Source of the DNA: Methanobacteriota archaeon
Lineage (GTDB): Archaea; Thermoplasmatota; Thermoplasmata; SG8-5; JAGLSY01
DNA length: 64,000 bases
NCBI GenBank assembly: GCA_020697715.1
Contig: JAEHCO010000001.1
Span: forward strand, 64,001 to 128,000
Direction: 5' to 3'
Shown one piece after another: positions 7,655 to 16,706 of the stretch; the first letter of the stretch is position 1, and each line of letters starts with the position of its first letter. The notes beneath the pieces are model-generated. The model worked only from the letters and a program-made list of their open reading frames with translations. It ran no database searches and was not told the origin of the DNA. The position numbers and the translations under genes are program-made.

Positions 7655-9346
7655 ATGGATCCTAATATCGTCCTTGGACTTGCAAAGAGACGGGGCTTCT
7701 TCTTCCCATCCTTCGAGATATACGGAGGGATGGCTGGCATGTATGATTATGGACCTTTGGGTTCGGCCATGAAGAACAATATCGAATCTCTGTGGAGGAA
7801 GAACTATGTCCTTCACGAAGGGCTGTCGGAGATCTTTTCTCCGATAATATCCCCGGAGGAAGTCTTTCGAGCATCTGGCCATCTGGCAGAGTTCAGTGAT
7901 TTTTCTGTCCAATGTCAGAAATGCAAGCAGGCTTTCAGAGCCGACCACTTACTTGAAGAAGTGGTCGATAACCCGGATTCCATGAGCCAGAAAGAACTGG
8001 GCGAAGCAATGGTGAGCAATGATATCAAATGCCCATCCTGCAAAGGCGAACTATCCGAGCCAGTCGCTGTGAACCTCATGTTCAAGACAACGGTCGGCCC
8101 TCTTGGCGGCCGTGATGGATATATGAGGCCGGAGACCGCTCAGGCGATGTTCTTCAATTTCCATCTCCTTCACAGGTTTTACAGAGAAAAACTACCATTT
8201 GGCATAGTGCAGCTTGGCAAGGGTTTCAGGAATGAGATATCTCCGCGCCAGGGCATCACCCGTCTAAGGGAATTCAATATGATGGAGGCAGAAGTGTTCT
8301 TCGACCCTGAGAACAAGGTGTGGCCGGGCTTTGCCGAAGTGGCGGACCTCAAGCTCAGACTGCTCCCTGATGGTCTGGAAGAGCAGGAACTTTCTCTCAA
8401 AGATGCGGTTTCCAAGGGCATAATCGCGAATGAGCCACTGGCTTATTTCATGCATGTTACCAAGAAAATATTACTGGCTGCTGGACTTGATGATAAGAGG
8501 CTGAGATTCAGACAGCATCTGAAGACCGAGATGGCGCATTATGCTGAGGATTGCTGGGATTGCGAGGCTCTGACTGGCTACGGATGGCTGGAACTTGTTG
8601 GTGTGGCCGATCGTGGATGCTATGACCTTCAAAGTCATATCGACCATTCGGATGCGGAGCTTACCGCTTTTATTAGATTTCCAGAGCCCATCGAGATGGA
8701 GGCCACGGTCATAGTACCAAACCTGAGCGCCCTTGGCCCATTGTTCAAAGGCAAGGCAGGAGCAATTGCTACAAGGCTTGGTGAGATGCCTTGTGATGGC
8801 CTTGATGCCACCATGCCGATCGTTCTGGACATGGATGGAGAAGAGGTCACCGTCCCCGCCAATTGCTTCACCATATCGCAAGAGATCAAGAAGGTGAGCG
8901 GCAAGAGGATCGTACCTCATGTGATCGAGCCATCATATGGATTAGATAGGATATTCTACACCGTGATGGATCACAATTACAAGGAAGATGGTGAGTATGT
9001 GACACTCGGCCTGCCGATCGCGATAGCCCCCATCAAATTTGGTGTATTCCCACTCATGACGAAGGACGGACTGGATGACATCGCTTCCGAGGTCGATAAG
9101 AAACTCAGACAGAAAGGATTATTAACATACTACGACGGCAGCGGGACCATCGGCAGAAGGTATGCCAGAATGGACGAGGCCGGTACACCCTTCTGCATAA
9201 CCGTGGATTATGAAAGCAAGGAAGATGATTGCGTGACGATTCGTGACAGGGATACCAAAGATCAGAAAAGGGTGAAGATGGATGATCTGGATAAGGTAGC
9301 TATATCCCTTGCGGATTCCTCACTCACCTTCGAAGCTATTGGTTGA
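7655..9346 (+). CDS. glyS: Glycine--tRNA ligase (archaeal/eukaryote-type)
   Basis: YDYGPLG, RPETAQ, FRNEISPRQG, EMAHYA, HVIEPSYGLDR, IGRRYAR.DE.GTPF. Confidence 0.97.
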   Translation: MDPNIVLGLAKRRGFFFPSFEIYGGMAGMYDYGPLGSAMKNNIESLWRKNYVLHEGLSEIFSPIISPEEVFRASGHLAEFSDFSVQCQKCKQAFRADHLLEEVVDNPDSMSQKELGEAMVSNDIKCPSCKGELSEPVAVNLMFKTTVGPLGGRDGYMRPETAQAMFFNFHLLHRFYREKLPFGIVQLGKGFRNEISPRQGITRLREFNMMEAEVFFDPENKVWPGFAEVADLKLRLLPDGLEEQELSLKDAVSKGIIANEPLAYFMHVTKKILLAAGLDDKRLRFRQHLKTEMAHYAEDCWDCEALTGYGWLELVGVADRGCYDLQSHIDHSDAELTAFIRFPEPIEMEATVIVPNLSALGPLFKGKAGAIATRLGEMPCDGLDATMPIVLDMDGEEVTVPANCFTISQEIKKVSGKRIVPHVIEPSYGLDRIFYTVMDHNYKEDGEYVTLGLPIAIAPIKFGVFPLMTKDGLDDIASEVDKKLRQKGLLTYYDGSGTIGRRYARMDEAGTPFCITVDYESKEDDCVTIRDRDTKDQKRVKMDDLDKVAISLADSSLTFEAIG

Positions 9347-9350
9347 TACC

Positions 9351-10181
9351 TTGTCAGATGATCCAGCCCTTCAGAAGAATATTGATGATACTCATCGTCT
9401 TATTCTGAGCCATCTTGAAAAAGAGCTGGGCGATGATCGTCGCTATGGCCATCATGATCCGGATCAACAAAAGAAGACCGCGGTTCTTTTCTCCGGCGGT
9501 CTGGACAGTGCTTTACTGGCTCATATCGTCTCACAGGAATTCTTCAAGCCGAAATTATATTCCATTGGATTCAAAAAATCCAATGACCTCAACTGGTCGA
9601 AGGAAGCTGCAGACCTGATGGGGCTGTATATTGAGCAAGTTGTGATCGATGTGGAAGATATTGAAATGGCGATCAAGCACATTGTCCATGATATCGGAAT
9701 GGACAATCCAAAATGGATGGCTGTCTTCATTCCTTTTTATCTCATACTTAGCCAGGTGGAGGAAAGCTCCCTTATATTGGGCCAGGGAGCTGACGAGGTC
9801 TTTGGAGGATACAGAAAGTACAGGGAAGTTGATGAGAAGGAAGCACAGGCCATGATGGATAGGGACATCATGGAAATAATCGAGAGCGAGGCTTCCTTTT
9901 ATCACAAGATGGGAGGACATTTCGGCAAGAGATTGATACTCCCTTACCTTGACCCGGCGATCATCGAATACGGCAAGACCATACCTTTCGCCCATAAGAT
10001 AAATGAGGATCAGAACAAGAGAGTGTTGAGACTCCTGGCAGAAGATATTGGCCTTCCATCCCCGATAGCACAGAGACCGAAGAAGGCCATGCAATATGGA
10101 ACAGGAGTGTCCAAAGAATTGAAAAAGATCCTCAAAAGGTCAGGTACTGGATTGGAAGAATATATTGCTGAGTTGAAATGA
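9351..10181 (+). CDS. Stand-alone asparagine synthase C-terminal (ATP pyrophosphatase) domain protein
   Basis: FSGGLDS PP-loop, GQGADEVFGGY, RPKKAMQYGTG; no glutaminase domain; start uncertain (track gives 9309). Confidence 0.85.
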   Translation: MSDDPALQKNIDDTHRLILSHLEKELGDDRRYGHHDPDQQKKTAVLFSGGLDSALLAHIVSQEFFKPKLYSIGFKKSNDLNWSKEAADLMGLYIEQVVIDVEDIEMAIKHIVHDIGMDNPKWMAVFIPFYLILSQVEESSLILGQGADEVFGGYRKYREVDEKEAQAMMDRDIMEIIESEASFYHKMGGHFGKRLILPYLDPAIIEYGKTIPFAHKINEDQNKRVLRLLAEDIGLPSPIAQRPKKAMQYGTGVSKELKKILKRSGTGLEEYIAELK

Positions 10182-10257
10182 CTTATTAATTGATGAAAAA
10201 AATTAGTAATCTATATCTATGGTAAGTGCCATGTACTTTCATTATTGAGGAAATTGT

Positions 10258-11079
10258 ATGGATGTTCGTCGTGTGAAGAGAAAAGTACTCATGCTCGGAG
10301 ATGGGGCTGTCGGTAAGACCAGTCTTATTCACAAATATGTGATGGATAAGTTCGATGACAAGTACATCACCACCATCGGGACTAAGATCACGAAGAAGAT
10401 CCTCAGCCTCAAACAGGACAGTGAAAAGGTCGAGCTCACACTCATGATATGGGATATACTGGGGCAGAAAGGATACACATCGATCCAATCCACCAGTTAC
10501 AAGGGGGGTGAAGGCGCACTTATGGTATGCGATCTCACAAGGAAAGAGACCCTTGCCAGCCTGGAGGAATATTGGATACCCGAGGTAAGAAAGGTACGCG
10601 ACAATATACCTTTCATCTTCGTCGGGAACAAAGCTGATCTGGTTGACAAGAGAGAGATCACGAATGATGACCTTCAAGAACTGGCAGACAAATATGATAC
10701 GAAATATTTCCTCAGCAGTGCGAAGACTGGAGAGAATGTGGAGGATATGTTCGAAGCCCTTGGTATGTCCATCATTTCAGATCAGGCCATAGAAACTTCA
10801 GAAGCTCAAACAGTGGCAAAAAAGGAGATCAAGGATCTCGTGGATGTCACTGACATCATAATCAATGAATTCTGCGATGGATTCGGAGACAGAGAAACCG
10901 CGATGGCGATGGTGAGACAGCAATTCTCAAGAGCGGGATTGGATGTAAAAGGCCCAGTCAAGGAAAATCTGATCCAGGCAGTGGAAAATCTGGCCCAAGT
11001 GGAAATGGGCTTCAAGGACGAATTCAAGGTCAAGAGTAATTTGTCAAAGAGAAAGAGAATGATCGAACAATATGGGTGA
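10258..11079 (+). CDS. Rab/Ras-superfamily small GTPase with ~95-aa helical C-terminal extension
   Basis: G1 GDGAVGKTS, G2 YITTIG, G3 IWDILGQ, G4 GNKAD, G5 SAK. Confidence 0.92.
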   Translation: MDVRRVKRKVLMLGDGAVGKTSLIHKYVMDKFDDKYITTIGTKITKKILSLKQDSEKVELTLMIWDILGQKGYTSIQSTSYKGGEGALMVCDLTRKETLASLEEYWIPEVRKVRDNIPFIFVGNKADLVDKREITNDDLQELADKYDTKYFLSSAKTGENVEDMFEALGMSIISDQAIETSEAQTVAKKEIKDLVDVTDIIINEFCDGFGDRETAMAMVRQQFSRAGLDVKGPVKENLIQAVENLAQVEMGFKDEFKVKSNLSKRKRMIEQYG

Positions 11080-11083
11080 TCAG

Positions 11084-11623
11084 ATGGGTAAGAAATTGAT
11101 GAAGAAGATATGCTTGCTAGGAGATGGAGCTGTCGGTAAGACCAGCCTTATCAAGAAATTCGTGGATGACTCATTCGATGATAAATATATCAAGACCTTC
11201 GGCACAAAGGTGTCCAAGAAGCAGGTGGACATCAATAGGCCAGAGGATGAATTCCATCTCACATTCCTTATCTGGGATATTCTTGGTCAGAGAGTGCATA
11301 ATAATCTTCATTCCACATATTATAAAGGCGCTGCAGGAGCCTTCATAGTATGTGATGTCACAAGAAAGGAAACAATGGATAAGCTTGAGGACTGGATCAA
11401 TGTGTTCCGAGGTGTCAATGATGCCGCTCCCATTGTATTATTGGGGAATAAATCCGATCTTCTGGATGACAGAGGGCCAGCGGATCAACAGATCAAAGCA
11501 GTGGCTGACAAATTCAATTTATCATATCATCTGACCAGTGCCAAAACAGGCGATGATGTTGAGGAATCTTTCCTCGAGCTTGGAAATGAGGTCATAACTT
11601 CCTTCCTGAAAGGAGGTGTTTGA
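11084..11623 (+). CDS. Rab/Ras-superfamily small GTPase, second paralogue (start 11072 or 11084)
   Basis: G1 GDGAVGKTS, G2 YIKTFG, G3 IWDILGQ, G4 GNKSD, G5 SAK. Confidence 0.92.
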   Translation: MGKKLMKKICLLGDGAVGKTSLIKKFVDDSFDDKYIKTFGTKVSKKQVDINRPEDEFHLTFLIWDILGQRVHNNLHSTYYKGAAGAFIVCDVTRKETMDKLEDWINVFRGVNDAAPIVLLGNKSDLLDDRGPADQQIKAVADKFNLSYHLTSAKTGDDVEESFLELGNEVITSFLKGGV

Positions 11624-11680
11624 AAATGCAAATCATATTTGCATTTTTAAAAGCCCGAAGTGTAACGGAGGGGTTCTGAT

Positions 11681-12649
11681 ATGAGTGATGATGGCACCGT
11701 CAGCTTCTTTGTAATTCCTGGAGATGCATTGAAAAGCCTGAGCGATGAACTCCAGATCGTTCTTGGCGAGGATCCTTCCAAAGAAACAATGGAAAGATAT
11801 GGATTCAGATGCGGCGAGGGACTTGTTCGCAGTATTGGATTCGAATGTGAAGACCTTGACGAATTCCAGGAAATGATGCCTGGAATATTGATCGAAACAG
11901 GCCTGGGAAGAACAAGGGCTCTCAAATTGATCGATGATCAGATCCTTATCGAATTCGAGGATTCTGTGGAAGCGAATGCAATGGGCAAAGCGGAAGTTCC
12001 AAGCTGTAATTTCACCAGAGGTTATCTTTCAGGAGTGGTCACCACCCTTTTCAACAGAAGATATGACTGCGTGGAAGAAACATGCATATGCAAGGGTGAC
12101 GAGATATGCATGCACAGGCTTACATTGAGCAGCCAGGATATCAAGCCAGAGGCTGAAAGCGTGGAGCAGTCAGAACAGGCATTCGATCTGGAGACCGCCA
12201 CAAGCTACCTGGTGAAAGAGGAGTCTCCCGATGTCTCATACAATATATTCAAGGATTATGTCACCCATGGGCATCAGGGATTGTGCATAACCAGAGATTT
12301 CCCAGCAAAGGTGAGGAAGAAGTTCGACCTCCAAAAGACACCGATAATCTGGCTTTCTACATCGGACACGGAGAACACTGTGGCCCCTCAGAATCTATCT
12401 GCACTTTTCTACCAGATAGAGAATTTCCTGAAGAAGAGCGAGAACGGTATCATAATACTCTCTGGAATGGAATACCTGATATCCCACAATACCTACCAAT
12501 CCGTTTTAAAATTCGTTCAGCTTCTCAATGAGCAGATCGCCATAAGGGATTCGATACTGATCGTACCACTTAGCCCTCTGACACTCGATGAGAAGGACCT
12601 GAAGATGATCGAGCGGGAACTGGAAACATGGCAGGATTGTTGCGATTGA
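11681..12649 (+). CDS. V4R domain + DUF835 (inactivated KaiC-like) fusion protein
   Basis: GLGR...EANA...PSCNFTRGYLSG...VEETCICKGDEIC (V4R); GLCITRDFP...IIWLS...GMEYLISHN...LDEKDLKMIERE (DUF835). Confidence 0.85.
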   Translation: MSDDGTVSFFVIPGDALKSLSDELQIVLGEDPSKETMERYGFRCGEGLVRSIGFECEDLDEFQEMMPGILIETGLGRTRALKLIDDQILIEFEDSVEANAMGKAEVPSCNFTRGYLSGVVTTLFNRRYDCVEETCICKGDEICMHRLTLSSQDIKPEAESVEQSEQAFDLETATSYLVKEESPDVSYNIFKDYVTHGHQGLCITRDFPAKVRKKFDLQKTPIIWLSTSDTENTVAPQNLSALFYQIENFLKKSENGIIILSGMEYLISHNTYQSVLKFVQLLNEQIAIRDSILIVPLSPLTLDEKDLKMIERELETWQDCCD

Positions 12650-12707
12650 TGTGAACAATCAGACCCTAAAGGATTCATTATTTATTATCAGGTCTAAATG
12701 TTCACAT
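12649..12707 (+). terminator. Imperfect long inverted repeat after the GTPase operon (possible terminator or 3' structure)
   Basis: atgtgaaca...agacc / ggtct...tgttcacat. Confidence 0.35.
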
Positions 12708-12785
12708 ATTCAGATTTTAGACCTTGAATCCACTATAACTACATTTATATAACATACTATATAATACCGGATGAGAGGAAAAACT

Positions 12786-13385
12786 ATGAAGGGAATCGAT
12801 CTGCTGGTCAAGAAGTCCAGAGAATTAAAAGCAAGCGGCATGAATGACAAAGAAATAGCCAGAGAGTTGCATCTCTCGGTTGGAACAGTAGTATGGCTTT
12901 TGACCAGGGACGTCAAGGTCGAGGCTCCACCTTCAGATATTAAGATCGGTTGGAAATCCGTGGGCGTATATGGACACCGTATTGCGATGATGTCCGCGAT
13001 CCTGTCAGATATCCTGGAAGAGGAGACCCTGAACCGAAAACTGGAACCGGATTCCGTAGTTGGCCTGGCCATAAACGGGGTTCCTCTGGCTTCCTACATT
13101 GCTGACGAATTACAATTGGAGCTGGCCATATTCCGCCCCTCCGATGATGACAAGTCCCCGGGAGCCGTGCTCTCGAATTTCGCGAGTGTGGAGGGAAAGT
13201 CGGTCGTCATAGTGGATGATTTCATAGGCAGTGGAGAGACCATGAAGAGTGCTGTCTCGAACCTCAAGAGCCTGGGTGCTAAGCCAGTGCTCATACTTAT
13301 TCTGGTCAACAAGACCGACAAGACAGAGATCCAGGGAGTGCCTGTCAGGTCTCTCATCAGAGCCAGGTCCATTGGATTGGAATAG
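12786..13385 (+). CDS. gfcR: HTH + orotate phosphoribosyltransferase-like protein (PyrE2/GfcR family)
   Basis: GMNDKEIARELHLS..TV.WL HTH; VVIVDDFIGSGET PRPP motif. Confidence 0.82.
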   Translation: MKGIDLLVKKSRELKASGMNDKEIARELHLSVGTVVWLLTRDVKVEAPPSDIKIGWKSVGVYGHRIAMMSAILSDILEEETLNRKLEPDSVVGLAINGVPLASYIADELQLELAIFRPSDDDKSPGAVLSNFASVEGKSVVIVDDFIGSGETMKSAVSNLKSLGAKPVLILILVNKTDKTEIQGVPVRSLIRARSIGLE

Positions 13386-13399
13386 AAAGAGGAAAAAGC

Positions 13400-14974
13400 A
13401 TGCACTGGGTCGATGTATACGCTGAGAAGCTTCTTAAATTGAGTGATAGCCATCTGGTACAAAGTGGTACTGGAATATCAGGCCAGCCCCATCTGGGTAG
13501 TGCCAGTGACATCATATACGCTGATGGAATTCACAAAGCCATCATCGAACAAGGTGGAAAGTCCAGGGCTATCTGGATAATGGACGATATGGACGGGTTC
13601 AGAAAGGTTCCCGGCCAAGTACCAAAGGATTTCAAACAGTATCTGGGCCTTCCAGCAGCAGATCTGCCATGCCCGGATGGATGCTGTGGTTCCTTTGTCG
13701 AGCATTTTACAAGGCCTTTCCTCAAGAACCTGGAAAGGATCGATATCAGGCCCGAGGCCATATCGGTCGCCAGCATGTACAAGGATGGCAAATACGACGA
13801 AGTCATTAGAACTGCGCTTGAAAAAGCAGAGGAGATCAAGACCATATTGTACGAGGTCTCCGGGAGCAAGAAAGCGGATGACTGGCTTCCTTTCTTCCCG
13901 GTCTGCGAGAAATGCGGAAAAGTTCTGACAACACAGGCTTATGCTTATGAGAATGATAAAGTTCAATACAGGTGCAGTGGCGGAGTCGCGGGAAAGACCA
14001 ATTTCCCTGGCTGTGGACATGAGGGCGAGGTCGGAATAAGAGATGGAAAACTGCCCTGGAGGGTGGAATGGGCAGCTAGATGGAGCCATCTTGGTGTGAC
14101 CTGCGAGCCAATGGGCAAGGACCTGGGAGCCGCAGGTGGAACATATGAGAGCAGTAAGATAATATGTGAGCGTGTGTTCGGAAGCCAAGCACCAATGCCA
14201 GTCCCCTATGAATGGATAGTCATAGGTGGTAAAAGACTGGGTAAGTCCGTGGGCAGAATATTGACCATTGGGGAAATGATCGATATCGTGACCCCTGAAA
14301 TTACCAAATACTTCTTCTTCAGATCACAGCCGACCAGCCACAAGGAGATCGATTTTGAATTCGCGATCCCAAAGCTGGCCGAGGACTATGAGAACAGTGA
14401 ACGTGTCTTTTTCGGTGATACGGATAATGTTCCGGAGAAGGAAATTGATGATATCAAGAGAAGCTATGAGATATCCCAGATGAACGGAGTGCCAGAAGCT
14501 CCGGGAAATGCCTATTCTCATCTTGTTTCAATCATACAGACGAACCTCGATCTGGAAGGAGAGATCGATTGGAACGGTGTATTGACAACACTGAAAAGAA
14601 CAGATAATATCGATCAGATGGATGAAAGGAGCAAGGCAAAAGGCATTGCTGTTAAGGAATGGCTTGATGGCCATGCCCCGGAAAATGTGAAATTCTCCAT
14701 TCAGAAGGATATGCCAGAAGTGGAGCTTAGCGAGGATGATAGAAAATTCCTCACTGCCCTTTCCAGTGCTATCAGTGATATAGAATGGGAAGCCAGCCAG
14801 ATCCATGACACTATCTACGAAACATCACAGACCTGTGAGCTAAAAGCAGGCCAGTGTTTCAAAGCATTGTATAAGATATTCTTAGGTAAGAATCGCGGAC
14901 CCAAATTAGGATTCCTTCTGGCCTCTCAGGATAGGAAATTCGTGGAGAGAAGAATTGAACAGGCTATTGAATGA
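13400..14974 (+). CDS. lysS: Lysine--tRNA ligase, class I
   Basis: MHWVD, SGQPHLG (HIGH-like), GKLPWRVEWAARW, EPMGKD, GPKLG. Confidence 0.96.
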   Translation: MHWVDVYAEKLLKLSDSHLVQSGTGISGQPHLGSASDIIYADGIHKAIIEQGGKSRAIWIMDDMDGFRKVPGQVPKDFKQYLGLPAADLPCPDGCCGSFVEHFTRPFLKNLERIDIRPEAISVASMYKDGKYDEVIRTALEKAEEIKTILYEVSGSKKADDWLPFFPVCEKCGKVLTTQAYAYENDKVQYRCSGGVAGKTNFPGCGHEGEVGIRDGKLPWRVEWAARWSHLGVTCEPMGKDLGAAGGTYESSKIICERVFGSQAPMPVPYEWIVIGGKRLGKSVGRILTIGEMIDIVTPEITKYFFFRSQPTSHKEIDFEFAIPKLAEDYENSERVFFGDTDNVPEKEIDDIKRSYEISQMNGVPEAPGNAYSHLVSIIQTNLDLEGEIDWNGVLTTLKRTDNIDQMDERSKAKGIAVKEWLDGHAPENVKFSIQKDMPEVELSEDDRKFLTALSSAISDIEWEASQIHDTIYETSQTCELKAGQCFKALYKIFLGKNRGPKLGFLLASQDRKFVERRIEQAIE

Positions 14975-15016
14975 AGCTCCCATTATTTTTTATCTCATCC
15001 GGCAATACACATATGG

Positions 15017-16534
15017 TTGACCATGGCTAAGAAGAAGGATGGGAAGAACAAGAATGGCAAGAAAATATTGCTTATTGCCAGTTCATTCCTTGTCGCTATT
15101 TTTAACACTGTCGCTCTGCTATACATCGCCAGGAACCTCGGGACAGAGATGTTGGGGGCATTGGCCTTCCTACTTTCCTTCGTAGGCCTCTTTGCCATTG
15201 TGGGCGATATGGGACATTCCTTCGCTTTCCAGGCGGCTGTGAGTGATGGATATCCCTTTTCCAAATGTTTTTCCAAGTTCAAAAAGGCCAAATTGGGCTT
15301 GGCCTTCGTGCTCACCTTGATCTCAAGTGGCATGATCCTCATATATGGTTCTTTTCTAAGCTCGGAGGATGATAAGTTCCTCCATGTGGCCGCGATGGTA
15401 CCCATGCTGTGCTATTTTGTGTCAAACAGCATAGCTCAAATATGGATAACTGGCTCAAATATCAAAGGTAAAAATGAGTCAGAGAAGGTTTATGAGGGCT
15501 TCGATGCCTTCATAAAACTCGTCCTGATAATTGGAGTTGTAAATCTCGGCTTCCTTGAAAATGACCAGGCCGGAGTGTTCAATCTTTCTTTCATCTACTT
15601 GCTGGCATCTTCTGTCGGGCTCATGGTATTGATCAATAGTTCGAGAAAGCTCAGGAAAGGAGACTTGGATGAGAAAATAGATAGCTATTTCATATTGACA
15701 TCCAAGAAAATACTTCCATACCTGTTCTTCACATCCCTTATCCTGAATGTGGATAAGATATTGATATGGCACTGGTGGAGCCTGGCAGACCTCGGCCTGT
15801 ACTTCGGAGCGCAGAGGATCGTTATCTTCATAGGAGCATCATCAGCCGCTATCGGGACAATACTGGGGGGAGCCGTGATGAAGTTCCAGAATGATCAAAA
15901 GGATCTTGTAGAATCACTGAGATTGACTGAAAGATACATAACTCTACTGGCTGTTCCTGTCACAGCCTTCTATATCGCCTTTGCCTATCATTTATTGACA
16001 CAATTCCTTGGCCCCAGCTTTGCCACGGCTGAACAGCCAGTTATCATCCTGGCTGTTTCCGGACTCTTCATAGCCCTCTCCACTCCCTCATTGCTATATC
16101 TTCTTCAGAAGAGGGATTACAAGTATCTGGGAACCATAGCCGCGGTTTCATTGGCAATGAACATATGCCTTGGTCTTCTTCTAATACCGGGCAATGGGAT
16201 CGCACAAGATATCGAGTGGATGCATGGGATAAATGGAGCCGCTATCGCCCTGTTGGTGTCCAATGCCATCGCTTTCTTCGGATTCAGAATAAAAGTGATG
16301 TTGGACATCGGATTCAAACCCCATCCGAGGATCGCCTTCCATTTCCTGGCATCGGGCATACTTTTCGTGATCTTGAAGTTCATGATCTGGCTGTGGGATA
16401 TCGATGTCAAGACCCCACACATTTTCATGTTCGCCATCTTCGCGGCCATCATTTACTTCTTCCTGCTGTATCTGGGAGGAGAGATGCTGAAGTATGATTT
16501 CTACAGGTTCAAAGACCTGGTCAATAATGAGTAA
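15017..16534 (+). CDS. MOP-superfamily oligosaccharide flippase (Wzx/RfbX-like)
   Basis: Polytopic; YIARNLG.E.LG, NVDKILI...LGLYFGAQRI, GINGAAIA. Confidence 0.8.
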   Translation: MTMAKKKDGKNKNGKKILLIASSFLVAIFNTVALLYIARNLGTEMLGALAFLLSFVGLFAIVGDMGHSFAFQAAVSDGYPFSKCFSKFKKAKLGLAFVLTLISSGMILIYGSFLSSEDDKFLHVAAMVPMLCYFVSNSIAQIWITGSNIKGKNESEKVYEGFDAFIKLVLIIGVVNLGFLENDQAGVFNLSFIYLLASSVGLMVLINSSRKLRKGDLDEKIDSYFILTSKKILPYLFFTSLILNVDKILIWHWWSLADLGLYFGAQRIVIFIGASSAAIGTILGGAVMKFQNDQKDLVESLRLTERYITLLAVPVTAFYIAFAYHLLTQFLGPSFATAEQPVIILAVSGLFIALSTPSLLYLLQKRDYKYLGTIAAVSLAMNICLGLLLIPGNGIAQDIEWMHGINGAAIALLVSNAIAFFGFRIKVMLDIGFKPHPRIAFHFLASGILFVILKFMIWLWDIDVKTPHIFMFAIFAAIIYFFLLYLGGEMLKYDFYRFKDLVNNE

Positions 16535-16645
16535 ATGAAGATGGCTTTGACTCGGTCAATAATGAGTAAATGAAGATGGCTTTGACTCGGTCAATAATGA
16601 GTAAATGAAGATGGCTTTGACTCGGTTTATAATGAATAACTGAAT
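16519..16645. repeat. 35-bp tandem repeat: 3 perfect copies plus 1 degenerate partial copy, starting across the flippase stop codon
   Basis: ggtcaataatgagtaaatgaagatggctttgactc at 16519, 16554, 16589; ggtttataatgaataactgaa at 16624. Confidence 0.95.
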
Positions 16646-16706
16646 GAGGAATAAGAAATCCTTTTAAACATGTTCATCGATACACACACTCAAATGGGGA
16701 AGATAA

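Noticed and set aside
12630-12649. C-terminal CCD of the V4R-DUF835 protein as a Rab-type prenylation signal
   Set aside because: It is not on the GTPases and there is no evidence for a prenyltransferase; probably chance
16519-16645. Possible CRISPR array (35-bp repeats)
   Set aside because: Repeats are head-to-tail with no spacers, and no cas genes are present
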